From a virus (lineage: Duplodnaviria > Caudoviricetes): a stretch of 64,000 nt of DNA. Location: positions 128,001 through 192,000 of IMG/VR virus record IMGVR_UViG_3300013212_000088. One strand, written 5' to 3'. Below the pieces are notes generated by a model. The model saw nothing but the letters and a program-made list of their open reading frames with translations. It was not told where the DNA came from and searched no databases. The stretch's first letter is position 1. Each line of letters opens with the position of its first letter. Shown piece by piece: positions 1-10,500 of this stretch. A program made the translations under genes and the position numbers.

Positions 1-2
1 TT

Positions 3-167
3 AGACAATCCGCCACAATGTATAAAGAAGATTTTGAGAAACATCTTGAAAAACTTCCAATTGCTAAGTTCCCAAGAATCACAACAATTGTCACCCCAGC
101 GTTCAATATGCCTGGTGGTAGATCAAGATTCTTTAGATACATTTGGAATCTTGGTACTGGTGTTTGA
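3..167 (+). CDS. 3' end of a gene cut by the window edge (hypothetical protein)
   Basis: Open frame from base 3 (..RQSATMYKEDFEKHLEK..YIWNLGTGV*) ending in a TGA at 165-167 that overlaps the next ATG at 167 (TGATG coupling). Not in the ORF track. Confidence 0.5.
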   Translation, partial: RQSATMYKEDFEKHLEKLPIAKFPRITTIVTPAFNMPGGRSRFFRYIWNLGTGV

Positions 168-883
168 TGAATTATATTGTCATTGAGCATAAGAGTGTAG
201 AAAATACACAAAATATATTAGATTTAGTTGATTATGAAAAAACTGAAATCATTTTGCTCAATGACAAAAAAGTTAGAGGAATCAAAACCAAACTAAAGTC
301 ACATACACTGAACATTGAAAATCTTTGTTCATTTGTAAAGTTATTAAAGCCCACAGACAAAATCTTGTTTATAGATAACAATGTGGGTTTTATTCTTCCC
401 AAAAGCATTAATGGTATTTTCTTAAAACATCGCAAAAATCAAATAAGTATTGCATGTCAAAGTAATGGGAATAATGAACTTTACATTGCTCAAGTTATGG
501 GGTTTATTCCAGATATAGTTACAAAAAATTGGTCTGACGATTATATAGATATAGCAGATTTAAACCACACTGAACTTGAAGAAGAACTTATCACAAACAT
601 TAATTTTTTACTAGAGTCAAATATATTAGAGTTCTTAAACTTCAATCAATACAAAGTTTACAATATTAATTACAAAGTAAGATCCATTTGTATCTCACCA
701 AAACTTTTCCTATATACATTTAAAAATAAAAGACCATATAGTTTGCCAGATGTTATTTACAATACACTATTGCAAGACTTTACAAAATATTTAATTTCTG
801 GCTGTTGGGTATCAGACAATCCACAAATGTATAAGTTTATAAATGAACGTAAAAGATTTGAGAATAGTAATCTCATCATATAA
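167..883 (+). CDS. Hypothetical protein in the glycosylation-related block
   Basis: ORF track 143..883; ATG at 167 (MNYIVIEHK) preferred because it couples to the upstream TGA. No diagnostic motif. Confidence 0.55.
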   Translation: MNYIVIEHKSVENTQNILDLVDYEKTEIILLNDKKVRGIKTKLKSHTLNIENLCSFVKLLKPTDKILFIDNNVGFILPKSINGIFLKHRKNQISIACQSNGNNELYIAQVMGFIPDIVTKNWSDDYIDIADLNHTELEEELITNINFLLESNILEFLNFNQYKVYNINYKVRSICISPKLFLYTFKNKRPYSLPDVIYNTLLQDFTKYLISGCWVSDNPQMYKFINERKRFENSNLII

Positions 884-1508
884 AACTTCATACCAAAACT
901 CTGGCAAAAAATTAATTGAGAGCTTGGTATACGATAACAACTTTAGTTCAGACCAGATTTTATTGGTAATTGGTGGGTATGACAAAAGAGAACAATTTAA
1001 ATATTTAAATTGTAAAGCCATTAAAGTAGCTCACAACTCTTACGATCATACTGGACTAATTGAAGTTATTGAAAGTGAAGAACAATCAAAATACTGGTTT
1101 TCTACTCATGACACTTGTATTGCTGGACCTAATTTTATATCTTCAATATTAAAATACAAAGTTAATAAAGATTTTGTAGCTATGACTGAAATGGGCTGGC
1201 TCAATATGGGGATATTTAGTCAGAGTTTTCTACAAAAAAACAAGTCATTTATACTATCCCTTAAGAATTGTTCAAAAATAAGAGCAATTTTAAGTGAAAA
1301 AACATTCACTCGATTAGGAGATTATCAATTTTTAACACAAAATTCTAAAGTTCACCGCTCAATTGAAAACCAGAATATTTACGAAGACGATAAAAAAAGA
1401 AATGTTTTGTATTTTGAAGAGCTAGATTTCTATAAATATCAAAGTTACATAGCTGTGTCTATTATGAAACCAAACTTTTCAGAGCACAAAAAAGAGGAAC
1501 TGTTCTAA
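843..1508 (+). CDS. Putative GT-A-like glycosyltransferase
   Basis: N-terminal strand IVISSY, 'KYWFSTHDTC' at the position of a DxD-like motif, and 'NMGIFS'; neighbours another GT. Confidence 0.45.
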   Translation: MNVKDLRIVISSYKTSYQNSGKKLIESLVYDNNFSSDQILLVIGGYDKREQFKYLNCKAIKVAHNSYDHTGLIEVIESEEQSKYWFSTHDTCIAGPNFISSILKYKVNKDFVAMTEMGWLNMGIFSQSFLQKNKSFILSLKNCSKIRAILSEKTFTRLGDYQFLTQNSKVHRSIENQNIYEDDKKRNVLYFEELDFYKYQSYIAVSIMKPNFSEHKKEELF

Positions 1509-3097
1509 TGTTTTTAGATGAACTAACTCCAGAACGTGCTTTGATATCTCATGGTTATTTAGGAACAAAAGGAGATATGGGTTACCCAATTATCCCTTCA
1601 ATAAACGGAACTAACTTCAATAGATGTTTAAGTGCTCATGCAAGCTCAATACTCAAATACAAACTATCCAAAAAATACAAATCATTCCATACATACATCG
1701 GTCTAAATGATTCATCTTCAGTTGATGCAAGAGTAGTTTTTCAAATACTATGTGATTCAGGAATTGTTTATGAAAGTTCTGAAATAAAACCATATGACAA
1801 AATAATTCCAATTGAAATAAGTTTAGAAGATTGTGAGTATTTAGAATTAAGATGCATAAACAAAGGAAACGATTTTGCTCATTCTGTTTGGATTAACCCG
1901 CAGATAAATGAAGAAAAACTAAAAGTATTTACTGGGCCATTTAACAATTCAAAAGCGCACTTAGATTTTGAAAAAAGAAAGTCTAATATAGCAGTAGTTT
2001 TGTTTGCTACAGAAAATGTGTCTCAATATCTTTACACTTTTATAAAATCATTCAAAACAAACTCAAAGCTAGAAGATTATGAAATATACATCACATGCCC
2101 AGACAATTCAAGTACAGTAAAAAATATTGCAAAACACTTTGATTGTGTTTTTGTAAGACTAGAGGCAACTTTAAATTACCCCATCAAATCTCCTGTGGAC
2201 TTGAAAGATGCTTCTTATTTTATTGCACGACACATAGATTGTAACTTTGTAATAATTTCAGATATAGACATTATCATAAATGGAGACTTAAATCCAAGTT
2301 TAATTGAAAATAAGATTGGTATTTGTAGAGATTACAATACTGAGCAATTTACTTTTGGCCAGTTAGTTGAAACAGAGTGGAGCGCTTACAGTGGCAACGA
2401 GAAGAGTAAAGAACTTTTAAAATTGAGCGAAGATGAGTTTAAAAACAAATCAATTATTAATTGTGGATATGTTACTGCTGACAAAAAAACGTTAAGCAGT
2501 TTAGATTCAGAATTAAGGAAAATGTTGCCATTCTCCCAATTTTATTTGTTTGACTGTAATGGATCATTCTGCAGAGAACAAGCCCTTATAAATCTAGGAT
2601 TGATCAGATCTAACAATTTTGAAATACTAGAGGATAACTTTAATCACCAATTATTACATGCTGATCCAAATAATTCATCTGTAATCCACTTGAATGGAAA
2701 AGAAAGTAAACAAAAATATAAATATTTAATTGATGAATGGCTAGATCTTAAGTTTGAAGATCTAAAAATATCGATCATAGATAAAGAAATAAAAGATAAA
2801 AATAAAATACTTAATTGGACACATGAGCATATAAAACATTCAATAAAATTAGATTTTAATGATTTTATATCAGCTAAAAAAATAATTAACGAAGCGTTTG
2901 ACTTAGTATTTATTGATCTAAGAAGAGATTTATCTAACCTAAAAATTGTCATGCATCTTATTGAAAAACATCTTGAAAAAGGAAAAGTGATTGGTCTTTG
3001 CTCTAATCAAGAATACAAGAACTTACAAACAATTCAATGTAATTACGAAATTATTGGAGAACATGGGAAAGTATTGCTGGTCCATATTAAAAAATAA
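1508..3097 (+). CDS. Multidomain protein: NPCBM/NEW2 carbohydrate-binding module + GT8-like glycosyltransferase + methyltransferase-like tail
   Basis: N-term 'CLSAHASSILKYKL..FHTYIGLND..VVFQI..HSVWINP' (NPCBM pattern); middle 'IISDIDIII', 'INCG', 'EQALIN', 'VIHLNG' (GT8 pattern); C-term 'FDLVFID'. Confidence 0.7.
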   Translation: MFLDELTPERALISHGYLGTKGDMGYPIIPSINGTNFNRCLSAHASSILKYKLSKKYKSFHTYIGLNDSSSVDARVVFQILCDSGIVYESSEIKPYDKIIPIEISLEDCEYLELRCINKGNDFAHSVWINPQINEEKLKVFTGPFNNSKAHLDFEKRKSNIAVVLFATENVSQYLYTFIKSFKTNSKLEDYEIYITCPDNSSTVKNIAKHFDCVFVRLEATLNYPIKSPVDLKDASYFIARHIDCNFVIISDIDIIINGDLNPSLIENKIGICRDYNTEQFTFGQLVETEWSAYSGNEKSKELLKLSEDEFKNKSIINCGYVTADKKTLSSLDSELRKMLPFSQFYLFDCNGSFCREQALINLGLIRSNNFEILEDNFNHQLLHADPNNSSVIHLNGKESKQKYKYLIDEWLDLKFEDLKISIIDKEIKDKNKILNWTHEHIKHSIKLDFNDFISAKKIINEAFDLVFIDLRRDLSNLKIVMHLIEKHLEKGKVIGLCSNQEYKNLQTIQCNYEIIGEHGKVLLVHIKK

Positions 3098-3099
3098 AA

Positions 3100-4446
3100 A
3101 TGAAAGAACTAGAAGTACAAAAATATCTAAGATCAGGAAAAACTCTGATCAACTTGAAACAAGAATATAAAATTGATTTTACAGTCAATACCGAACAAAA
3201 CTCTGCGGTATTGAACTACAGTCCGTTAACCCCTATGGGAACAGAAATTGGCAAAGAGAGCAGAGCTTTAATTCTAAATCTTGATAATTGGAATGTTATA
3301 GCCAAATCAATGAATGCTTTCGATGTACCTACTAGCCTAAAAACACCTGAAATTATCAAGGATTTTAACTGGAATAGTGCTTTTGCAATCACTAAGTATG
3401 ATGGATGTTTAATGGTGCTGTATTTTCATCAAAATCAATGGTTGGTAGGGACAAGATTTTCTACAGATAGTAATTGTAATGTTTACTCTCCAAACTCAGG
3501 GGAATCAGAATTGAAATGGATTGATTTGTTTAAACAAACACTTCAAGACTATGGATACTCATTTCAAGACTTTACCAATAATCTCTCTTCAGACAAATAT
3601 TACAGCTTTGAACTTTGTAGTAGATATAACAGAAATATTGTAATTTACGAAGAATCTATAATCAAAATAATTTCAATTGTTGATTCATCAACTCTAAACG
3701 AGATTGATATTGATAGCTTTCACTTACAAGAGTTTTTACCTAAAAAGATTAAAGTTGATAATTTGAATAGTGTTTATGACTTAATCAAACAAAATGACAA
3801 TCCAATTGAAGTAGAGGGATTTGTAGTAGTCGATTTTAATTTTAAAAGATTAAAAGTTAAGAATGATAAATACACTAATTTAGGATTTAAAAACTACAGT
3901 ACAGATGATGTAGAAGCACTTAAAGAATACGCTTCAATAATTTTGACAACACCAAGTATTACAGAATGGTATTGCGTTACATGTAACCCTAATCCTGGGT
4001 TTGGAAGTCCTTCTAACAATTGTGTCGAAGTTCCAATCGGAGAAAACTTATTTTTCGCTCCTGAACAAAATTGTATTGTGACCGGTCCTTTTTCAACATC
4101 AGTAGAATGTACAAACTCTTGTTTAGGCATTGATGGCAATGAAGGTGGACCACTAAGTATTCAATCAAACAAAATGTGCGCTACTCAATGGAGTCCTAAA
4201 AACCAATCAATTAGAGAACCTGTTGGATTAATAAATCAATTTGTAGAAATGCTCAATTGGTTTAACAATTCATTCAATGAGTTTCAAAAGACTAACAATG
4301 AAAGTATTAGAGATTTACTAATTTCTATTTGGGAATATGCTTTCTTTCAATTACAAGAAGGAAAGAGTATTAGTGAAATTATTAATTCTTCTTCTGAAGT
4401 AGATCAAATCTTAGCTTTAGAGAAATTTGAACAATTAGTAAATTAA
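3100..4446 (+). CDS. T4 Rnl1-like RNA ligase with Cys-rich C-terminal insertion
   Basis: Nucleotidyltransferase motif I KYDG, 'FEL' (III), 'EGFVV' (IV), 'RLKVK' (V); N-terminal 'ESRALIL..WNVIAKS' typical of Rnl1-like ligases. Confidence 0.8.
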   Translation: MKELEVQKYLRSGKTLINLKQEYKIDFTVNTEQNSAVLNYSPLTPMGTEIGKESRALILNLDNWNVIAKSMNAFDVPTSLKTPEIIKDFNWNSAFAITKYDGCLMVLYFHQNQWLVGTRFSTDSNCNVYSPNSGESELKWIDLFKQTLQDYGYSFQDFTNNLSSDKYYSFELCSRYNRNIVIYEESIIKIISIVDSSTLNEIDIDSFHLQEFLPKKIKVDNLNSVYDLIKQNDNPIEVEGFVVVDFNFKRLKVKNDKYTNLGFKNYSTDDVEALKEYASIILTTPSITEWYCVTCNPNPGFGSPSNNCVEVPIGENLFFAPEQNCIVTGPFSTSVECTNSCLGIDGNEGGPLSIQSNKMCATQWSPKNQSIREPVGLINQFVEMLNWFNNSFNEFQKTNNESIRDLLISIWEYAFFQLQEGKSISEIINSSSEVDQILALEKFEQLVN

Positions 4447-4453
4447 TATATAA

Positions 4454-4479
4454 AGGTTAAATTTATTTCTTTTATATAA
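4454..4479 (+). promoter_or_regulatory. Variant candidate late promoter (AGG-N19-ATAA) ahead of the neck/tail operon
   Basis: aGG ttaaatttatttcttttat ATAA in the AT-rich gap 4447-4565; spacer is one base longer than in the other copies. Confidence 0.3.
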
Positions 4480-4565
4480 TCTTTATAGTATTAATACTAA
4501 TTATTCTATTTAATAGAATTCCCTTAATTATCGGGTGTAAAAAAAAAGAAAAAGTTGGAGCAATT

Positions 4566-4994
4566 ATGACTAGTAACATTAAATCAGCATTAAAGAACAT
4601 TAAGCCTAAAGTGGCTTCCAAATCAGGCATCACTCAAAGAGTTGCTCAGATGATGGACGAGATGAACCAATTTGATGCAATGGGCGCAGCAGACATGATG
4701 GGTGGGTTAGATAAGCTTGAAACAAACAATTCTGTCTTGATGAATGACCCACAACAATATGGCAGCCCAAACATTTCAAAGTATGCATTACCAAGAGAAG
4801 ATAACAGCGTTCAAACAGATGACAATTACACAATTCACACATTCAAGATTGACATTAAAACTCCAAAGGGTGACATGTTCCCAAAATCAGATGTAATGAA
4901 AGCTGTTGGCGATGCTGTTGAAGGTTTGGGTAATATGGAAGTGATGGGCTTTTCATATCAAAAGGCAGATAAGGAAAGCTCCAAGAAATCGTAG
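4566..4994 (+). CDS. Hypothetical protein
   Basis: 142 aa ORF with GGAG Shine-Dalgarno; carries the KVAS motif seen in head proteins. Confidence 0.6.
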   Translation: MTSNIKSALKNIKPKVASKSGITQRVAQMMDEMNQFDAMGAADMMGGLDKLETNNSVLMNDPQQYGSPNISKYALPREDNSVQTDDNYTIHTFKIDIKTPKGDMFPKSDVMKAVGDAVEGLGNMEVMGFSYQKADKESSKKS

Positions 4995-5003
4995 GAGCCA
5001 TAA

Positions 5004-5564
5004 ATGTCGGAAGAAGATATCAAGAAACTTCGCCACTCGTTCACAAACCCTTTTAGAGAAGATTTACCAAAGCCCAAAATCAATCAGTTTGGCCATACAA
5101 TTTTGACCGACAATGATATTTGTGAGTTAGATCTTTCCGAGTTTAAAATAGAGCAAAATCCTGATGGTTCTGTATCATTAAACAAGCCCTTAATGCAGAA
5201 CTTTATGGATACTTATGTTCAGCAAGCTAAGCCTGAATCTGAAAATTCTGAAGTGTTTGTAAATCCAATTGAAAATGACTTACTAACAAAGCTAATTTCA
5301 GAACTTGACGATATGAAAGAAGATAAATCAAAACCTTTCATCTCCAAACCTAATAGTAAGACAACAGTAGATAAGAAAGATAGCGTTCAGAAACCAGAAG
5401 ATTTTAAGAGCTGCTTTAATAAAGATTGTATGTATTGCTTACCCATAGATGCTAAATACTGTCTTAAATGTGGTACTGCTCAAATGCCAAAGTATTGCAC
5501 TGAATGTGGTTACAGTTTTCCAGGAATGGAAAAGTTCTGCCCCGACTGTGGAACAAAAAGATAG
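5004..5564 (+). CDS. Double zinc ribbon protein
   Basis: C-terminal CLKCG, CTECG and CPDCG knuckles plus CFNKDC; AGGAG SD. Confidence 0.75.
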   Translation: MSEEDIKKLRHSFTNPFREDLPKPKINQFGHTILTDNDICELDLSEFKIEQNPDGSVSLNKPLMQNFMDTYVQQAKPESENSEVFVNPIENDLLTKLISELDDMKEDKSKPFISKPNSKTTVDKKDSVQKPEDFKSCFNKDCMYCLPIDAKYCLKCGTAQMPKYCTECGYSFPGMEKFCPDCGTKR

Positions 5565-5587
5565 GTACTGACAACATTTTTCAAGAA
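5563..5587 (+). promoter_or_regulatory. Candidate phage late promoter AGG-N18-AGAA
   Basis: AGG tactgacaacatttttca AGAA, 10 nt before the ATG at 5598. Confidence 0.55.
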
Positions 5588-5597
5588 AATCTAGATT

Positions 5598-6284
5598 ATG
5601 AAACGTACATGGTATCAAACTGCTAAACAATGCACAGCTCTAAGAAAGAGCACTCTTAGGGTTGACCTTGCCGTTTTCATCGATGATGAACAGTCATTTA
5701 CTTCTGAAAACGTTTTGATGTCTACAGTCAAATCATTTCTTACGGCAGCAATTGTTAAAGGAATTGATGTCATTGGAATACTTTCTGCAGTCAATCCAAA
5801 TGCTGGATGGATTGCTTGGCAAATGGCTATTGACCAACAAATGGATATTGCAGTCTTGCCTGGACAAGTTTACAAATGCCTTGAAGGCGAAGTAATCTAT
5901 GTCTACAAAATAAAAGAAACGATGAAATCAGGTTTAGATTTAGCTAAAGCTTGTGCTTATGCACACAAAATTGGTGGATATGTAATAGCTACTAATTTAT
6001 CAAAACAAAAAGCTTCTGAGTTAGATAAACTTCAAGGAAGTGTTTACTCACCTGATGGAGTGGAAGTTTACAACCAAAAAAATGGAAGTTTTAGAGACAT
6101 AGATATTAATTTACCGAAGTTTGTTACCTCAGCTTCAACTTCGGCAAATGGCTTGGAACAGTCAAATACTTTTAGCTTAATTGAAAGAAAAGAAGCAGAG
6201 AGAATTGGATTATTAGCGCCAAATCAAGGTATAGACTTTGAACCTAAATATTTAAAGCCAAAATCTGGAGTACCAAATGCCTAG
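5598..6284 (+). CDS. Degenerate PHP-fold protein
   Basis: 'RVDLAVFI', 'AAIVKGIDVIGI', 'IAVLPGQ', 'AHKIGGYVIA' and 'DGVEVYN' follow the PHP layout, but the motif I histidines are replaced. Confidence 0.55.
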   Translation: MKRTWYQTAKQCTALRKSTLRVDLAVFIDDEQSFTSENVLMSTVKSFLTAAIVKGIDVIGILSAVNPNAGWIAWQMAIDQQMDIAVLPGQVYKCLEGEVIYVYKIKETMKSGLDLAKACAYAHKIGGYVIATNLSKQKASELDKLQGSVYSPDGVEVYNQKNGSFRDIDINLPKFVTSASTSANGLEQSNTFSLIERKEAERIGLLAPNQGIDFEPKYLKPKSGVPNA

Positions 6285-6771
6285 AGCCTATTGCACAACG
6301 TCTGATGTCAAACAATATCTTCCACCTAATGTTGTGGCGGAAGGGGATAATCCAACCCCCAATTTTAGAAATCCAGCTCCAGAAACTGCTACAAACATCG
6401 ATTTAGATTTTTTTATTGAACAGGCTTCATCACAAATTGACGCTAACTTGTCAATTCAATATGATGTACCGTTGAAGCAAATGAATCTTGGTGGAGATTT
6501 GTCATATCCTCACCCTATTCCAGTTATTTGTGCAATCTTAGCTGCTCAGATGTATTATTCACAAGCATTACAGGGAGCTGATAGACAATTTTCAGAAGCT
6601 CAAAAAGATAGGTTTGAATGGGCAATGAATGAATTAGTCAGAATACAAAACGGTGAAATAAGATTGTTTGGTCAGAGAAATACACGAGGAGATAGATTCG
6701 TAAGGTCTACTCTAAGAGGAATACCTACTAACCCTAGAAAAGATGGCTCTTCAAAGGGTAAAAGTCAATAA
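6277..6771 (+). CDS. Head-tail connector, Mu gp36/DUF1320-like
   Basis: 'YCTTSDV', 'IEQASSQIDANL..QYDVPL', 'IC AILA', 'RFEWAMNELVRIQNGEIRL' match the DUF1320 pattern. Confidence 0.75.
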   Translation: MPRAYCTTSDVKQYLPPNVVAEGDNPTPNFRNPAPETATNIDLDFFIEQASSQIDANLSIQYDVPLKQMNLGGDLSYPHPIPVICAILAAQMYYSQALQGADRQFSEAQKDRFEWAMNELVRIQNGEIRLFGQRNTRGDRFVRSTLRGIPTNPRKDGSSKGKSQ

Positions 6772-6780
6772 GGTTAAAAA

Positions 6781-7557
6781 ATGGTTGAACGAATATATGA
6801 CACACTTAAAGGCATACTATACAATGATCTTCCAAAAAATGCTAAAGATCAGGTTGTCGTATATGATCGTCCGATAATTGGCTGGTACTTTGGAGACAGA
6901 GATGTTAAACCATCTAGTTTGTCATTAATTTTTTATGGCACTTCTACTCCTTTAAAAGACGTATCTTTAGGACTACAAGAATACGAGCATAAGATCACAG
7001 TTGGTGTTGATGCTGGTGCTGATAATGTTGAGCTATCAGAAAGACTTGTCCTTGAAGCAACTAGATTAGTACTAAGTGTTTTAAGAAGACATAGGAGGAT
7101 GTGGGTTTTAGAGCCATGTCCTATTTGCGGAAAGTTTATGCTGTCTCCTCAACACTACGCTATAGATCATAATGCAATTTTTTCATCTTATTCTGCTGCT
7201 GCTCAAACAAACTTTGATAATCAGTGGGCTGAAACCCATGATGCGTCAGTTTCTGCACCAACACTGCCATCTTCAGGTTTAGCTGCAGAATCATTTTTAA
7301 GAGTTTACGAAGCTGTTGGAGCAGGAACCACTGTCTCAGGTTTGAACACTACAGCACGTAAAAATATCCAACAAATGCAAAATGACTATGTTGATCCAAT
7401 AAGAATACTTTACGATATTACATGTAGTGATGTAAAACCATCCGATGATGGCAGGTCTCAAGCTTTGTTAAAAAATGGAACCATTACTGTTACTGCAAAA
7501 GAATTGGTAAAACAAACTATATACGGTCCTGATAATGTACCTACTACAGCATTCTAA
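6781..7557 (+). CDS. Putative neck/tail-completion protein with CxxC insertion
   Basis: Directly follows the connector gene; contains CPICG. Role inferred from position only. Confidence 0.4.
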   Translation: MVERIYDTLKGILYNDLPKNAKDQVVVYDRPIIGWYFGDRDVKPSSLSLIFYGTSTPLKDVSLGLQEYEHKITVGVDAGADNVELSERLVLEATRLVLSVLRRHRRMWVLEPCPICGKFMLSPQHYAIDHNAIFSSYSAAAQTNFDNQWAETHDASVSAPTLPSSGLAAESFLRVYEAVGAGTTVSGLNTTARKNIQQMQNDYVDPIRILYDITCSDVKPSDDGRSQALLKNGTITVTAKELVKQTIYGPDNVPTTAF

Positions 7558-7559
7558 AA

Positions 7560-10500
7560 ATGAGCAAAACAACAAGAACTGGGATAGAAATCTTAGCAAA
7601 TACAATTGGAAGATCTAAGAATAAGATTAAAGACTCTTTTGGTAATTTAACTAAAAGAAGAGGCTTTAATTTGAAAGCCGAAAGTACATTTACCAGAATT
7701 AAAACTTCTAATACTTTTCACGACTATGATTTAGCCTCGAAATCCACCGATGGGTATTCAGACCCTGAGTTTTTAACTTATGATGTAGAGGATCCAATTG
7801 GTTTTGGTATTCAGGGCGGAGAGATTGCTGTCAATCCCAAACTTACATATCCTTTTCCAATTTATTCTGCAGGAACTTGGAATCCATCTTATGATGGACC
7901 TCCATCATTAGAAGGCTGGAATGTTTGGCTTTATAACGGATGGGAAGATTATATCCCACCACATATGTATGATTCAGTAAGAACTTCAAATACAAGTTTT
8001 TATGCTCCTTATGGTGGAGAATATACTGGTAAATCCTCTTCTGTTAGAAATGCAGTAAGCGCAGCTAGAGCAACATTATCGGGCCCTCACAAATACAATG
8101 GTAATTATTCTTTACCACTTAACTTAGCAGATTATGTTCAAGTACCTAAATTTGAAAATTCTAGATGGATTTCACTTCGTAATACATATGGGACAAATAT
8201 TGATCGTGATGGTGATTTAGCCGATCCATTAGACGGAGGTTCACTATCTAAAAATATTAAAGTTAAATTACATAAAGATGTTTTAACTGGATTCAAACTT
8301 ATTGATCCAAGGGCTGATGAACCTCAAGATATCAAGCTTATGTATCACAATAATTTAATTCAAAATTTTACTTCCTCATGGCAATCTGTTACATTACCAA
8401 CAGATTACACATCGCTAACTTATCTTGACTTTAAAATATATCCATACAATGCTTTTATCGAAGACAATTTAAACTTTGATCAGACTGTAAACTCTGAAGA
8501 CTATTGGATTCTTGAAATAAATCTTCCTAGCTCTTCAGGATTCACTTGGACAAATGATTATTTTTGGCACATAGCAATATATTGGAACTCAACCGATAAT
8601 TTAACTCAAAACTCACATACATCTTGGGAATTTGATTTACTGTCCTTTGATATGGAAGATATTGCAATTGACAGTACTGATGGATCCATTGATGTTGCCA
8701 GCTCTGACTTATTGATTTGGAACAAAAAAAGCTTCTTCAAACAAAATATAACAAATTGTCTTAGTTATGAAAAGACTGGATATTTTGATCAAAATGTTTA
8801 TTTGATCTCTAAAGACAAAACTCTTTTTGAGTTTAAAGACGGAGAATACTCTGATCCACAAGCGCCTTTTAGATATTCACTTTCAGACACTATTCCCGCA
8901 GCTCCAAAAGGCGAAACCACATCGCTTGTTGGATATAATATTCCTGCCAAAAATCAGATATTTCCGGTATTAATTTGCAGTAAAAACTTAGGCTCGCAAT
9001 TTGACACTCCAACTGCTAACTACTTCATATTTGAAGGTGATGCTTGTGATAGAGAGTGTATATCTGACTTTACTGATTTTGATAATTATCCAACGGTAAA
9101 TAATGATTACGATGTTCTTTTTAGATGTATTTTAACAAGACCGGTAGATGAAGTGTTTGATGTCAAACAGACATCAACTTTGGTAAATGCTGATTTTAGA
9201 ATATTAACTGCAGATGGTATTAGATTTAACTACACAGATATTTTAAATACATCTAGTGTTGTTTACATAGAAAAGATTGCGATTAATTTTTCTAAATATG
9301 TTTCACAAGATTCTGATGTTGCAGAGTTACTAGTACCTTCATTTTATAGATTTTTAGATAATTTAAGAAATAACGATTACTCTTTTACTTATGACAATTT
9401 GACTAGAGCAATTATTCCAGATTCAATACGTCTTGTGTTTGCCAATATAAATGAGCTTTTATCAATCTCAACATTAGATCAATTTAATTATCAAAACATA
9501 ATTCATTTCTTACTTAAAAAGCCAACAGATGCATTAGTCAAAAACCCTAATTTTGAACCTAGAGGAATACAATTTAGTTATGATAGTATTGAAAATCTTA
9601 CAGATCTTTTTGTTCAAGTACCTAGCACAAATTTGGCAATCCTAACTTGTGATAATCTTAAAAATTATAATTTGAAGTTACCACTAGCTTCTAGTTTTGA
9701 AGTTTACCAAGAACTTTCTTTGTTATGTGAAGCTATTGACCCTAATATATCTGGTAACAAAATTGGACTAGACTACACATTCAAGCTTTCTTTAGAAGAT
9801 GAGAATCAGAATATTCTTAAAAAAGATTTGTACCTAAATGCTTCCAAGTTCTTCTTGTCTGATGAAGATTACAATAAAAGAGTTTTAAAAGGACAATCCG
9901 TTATTGGTTATTACAAAACAGGAACTGACGAAGAAAAGGCAGCGAAAGCAGATGGAACATTAGAAACAATTCCTGATTACTATCTCTATGGTTATGCTGG
10001 TTGTATTCCAGATTTATCTATGGAAAAAGCTAAGCCAATTCAAACAAGGGTTGTTGGTAGTGATAAACAAGAAGGCCAAACAAGAGAACAGTTTATTGCT
10101 TCTTTACCTGAAGGGCAAGACGTTGATGAAGCGCTTGCAAATTATGAAGGTGAGTTTATTGAAATTAATTTGAATAAATATCCTGAAAAATGGGTGTCAA
10201 TCAAAGAAATTGGAATGACAACTTCTAAGTTTACATTTGATACAAACCCATACTGGAATGTTAATTTTTATGGGTTAATTGGCGGAAATGGTAAATCTCA
10301 AAACTTACAACAGGCAGACGATTATTATCCATACTCAAGAGATAATGTAGTTGCAGATTCTTTTACTATTTCTGACAAGGGTTTAGATACTGCTGATAAT
10401 TCAATTCAAGTTATAGAAAATATTTACAGCCAGGAAACTGAATATGACAATACTTATTATTCACAAGTATCTTCAACAACCGGATTGGCAGTAACAAACA

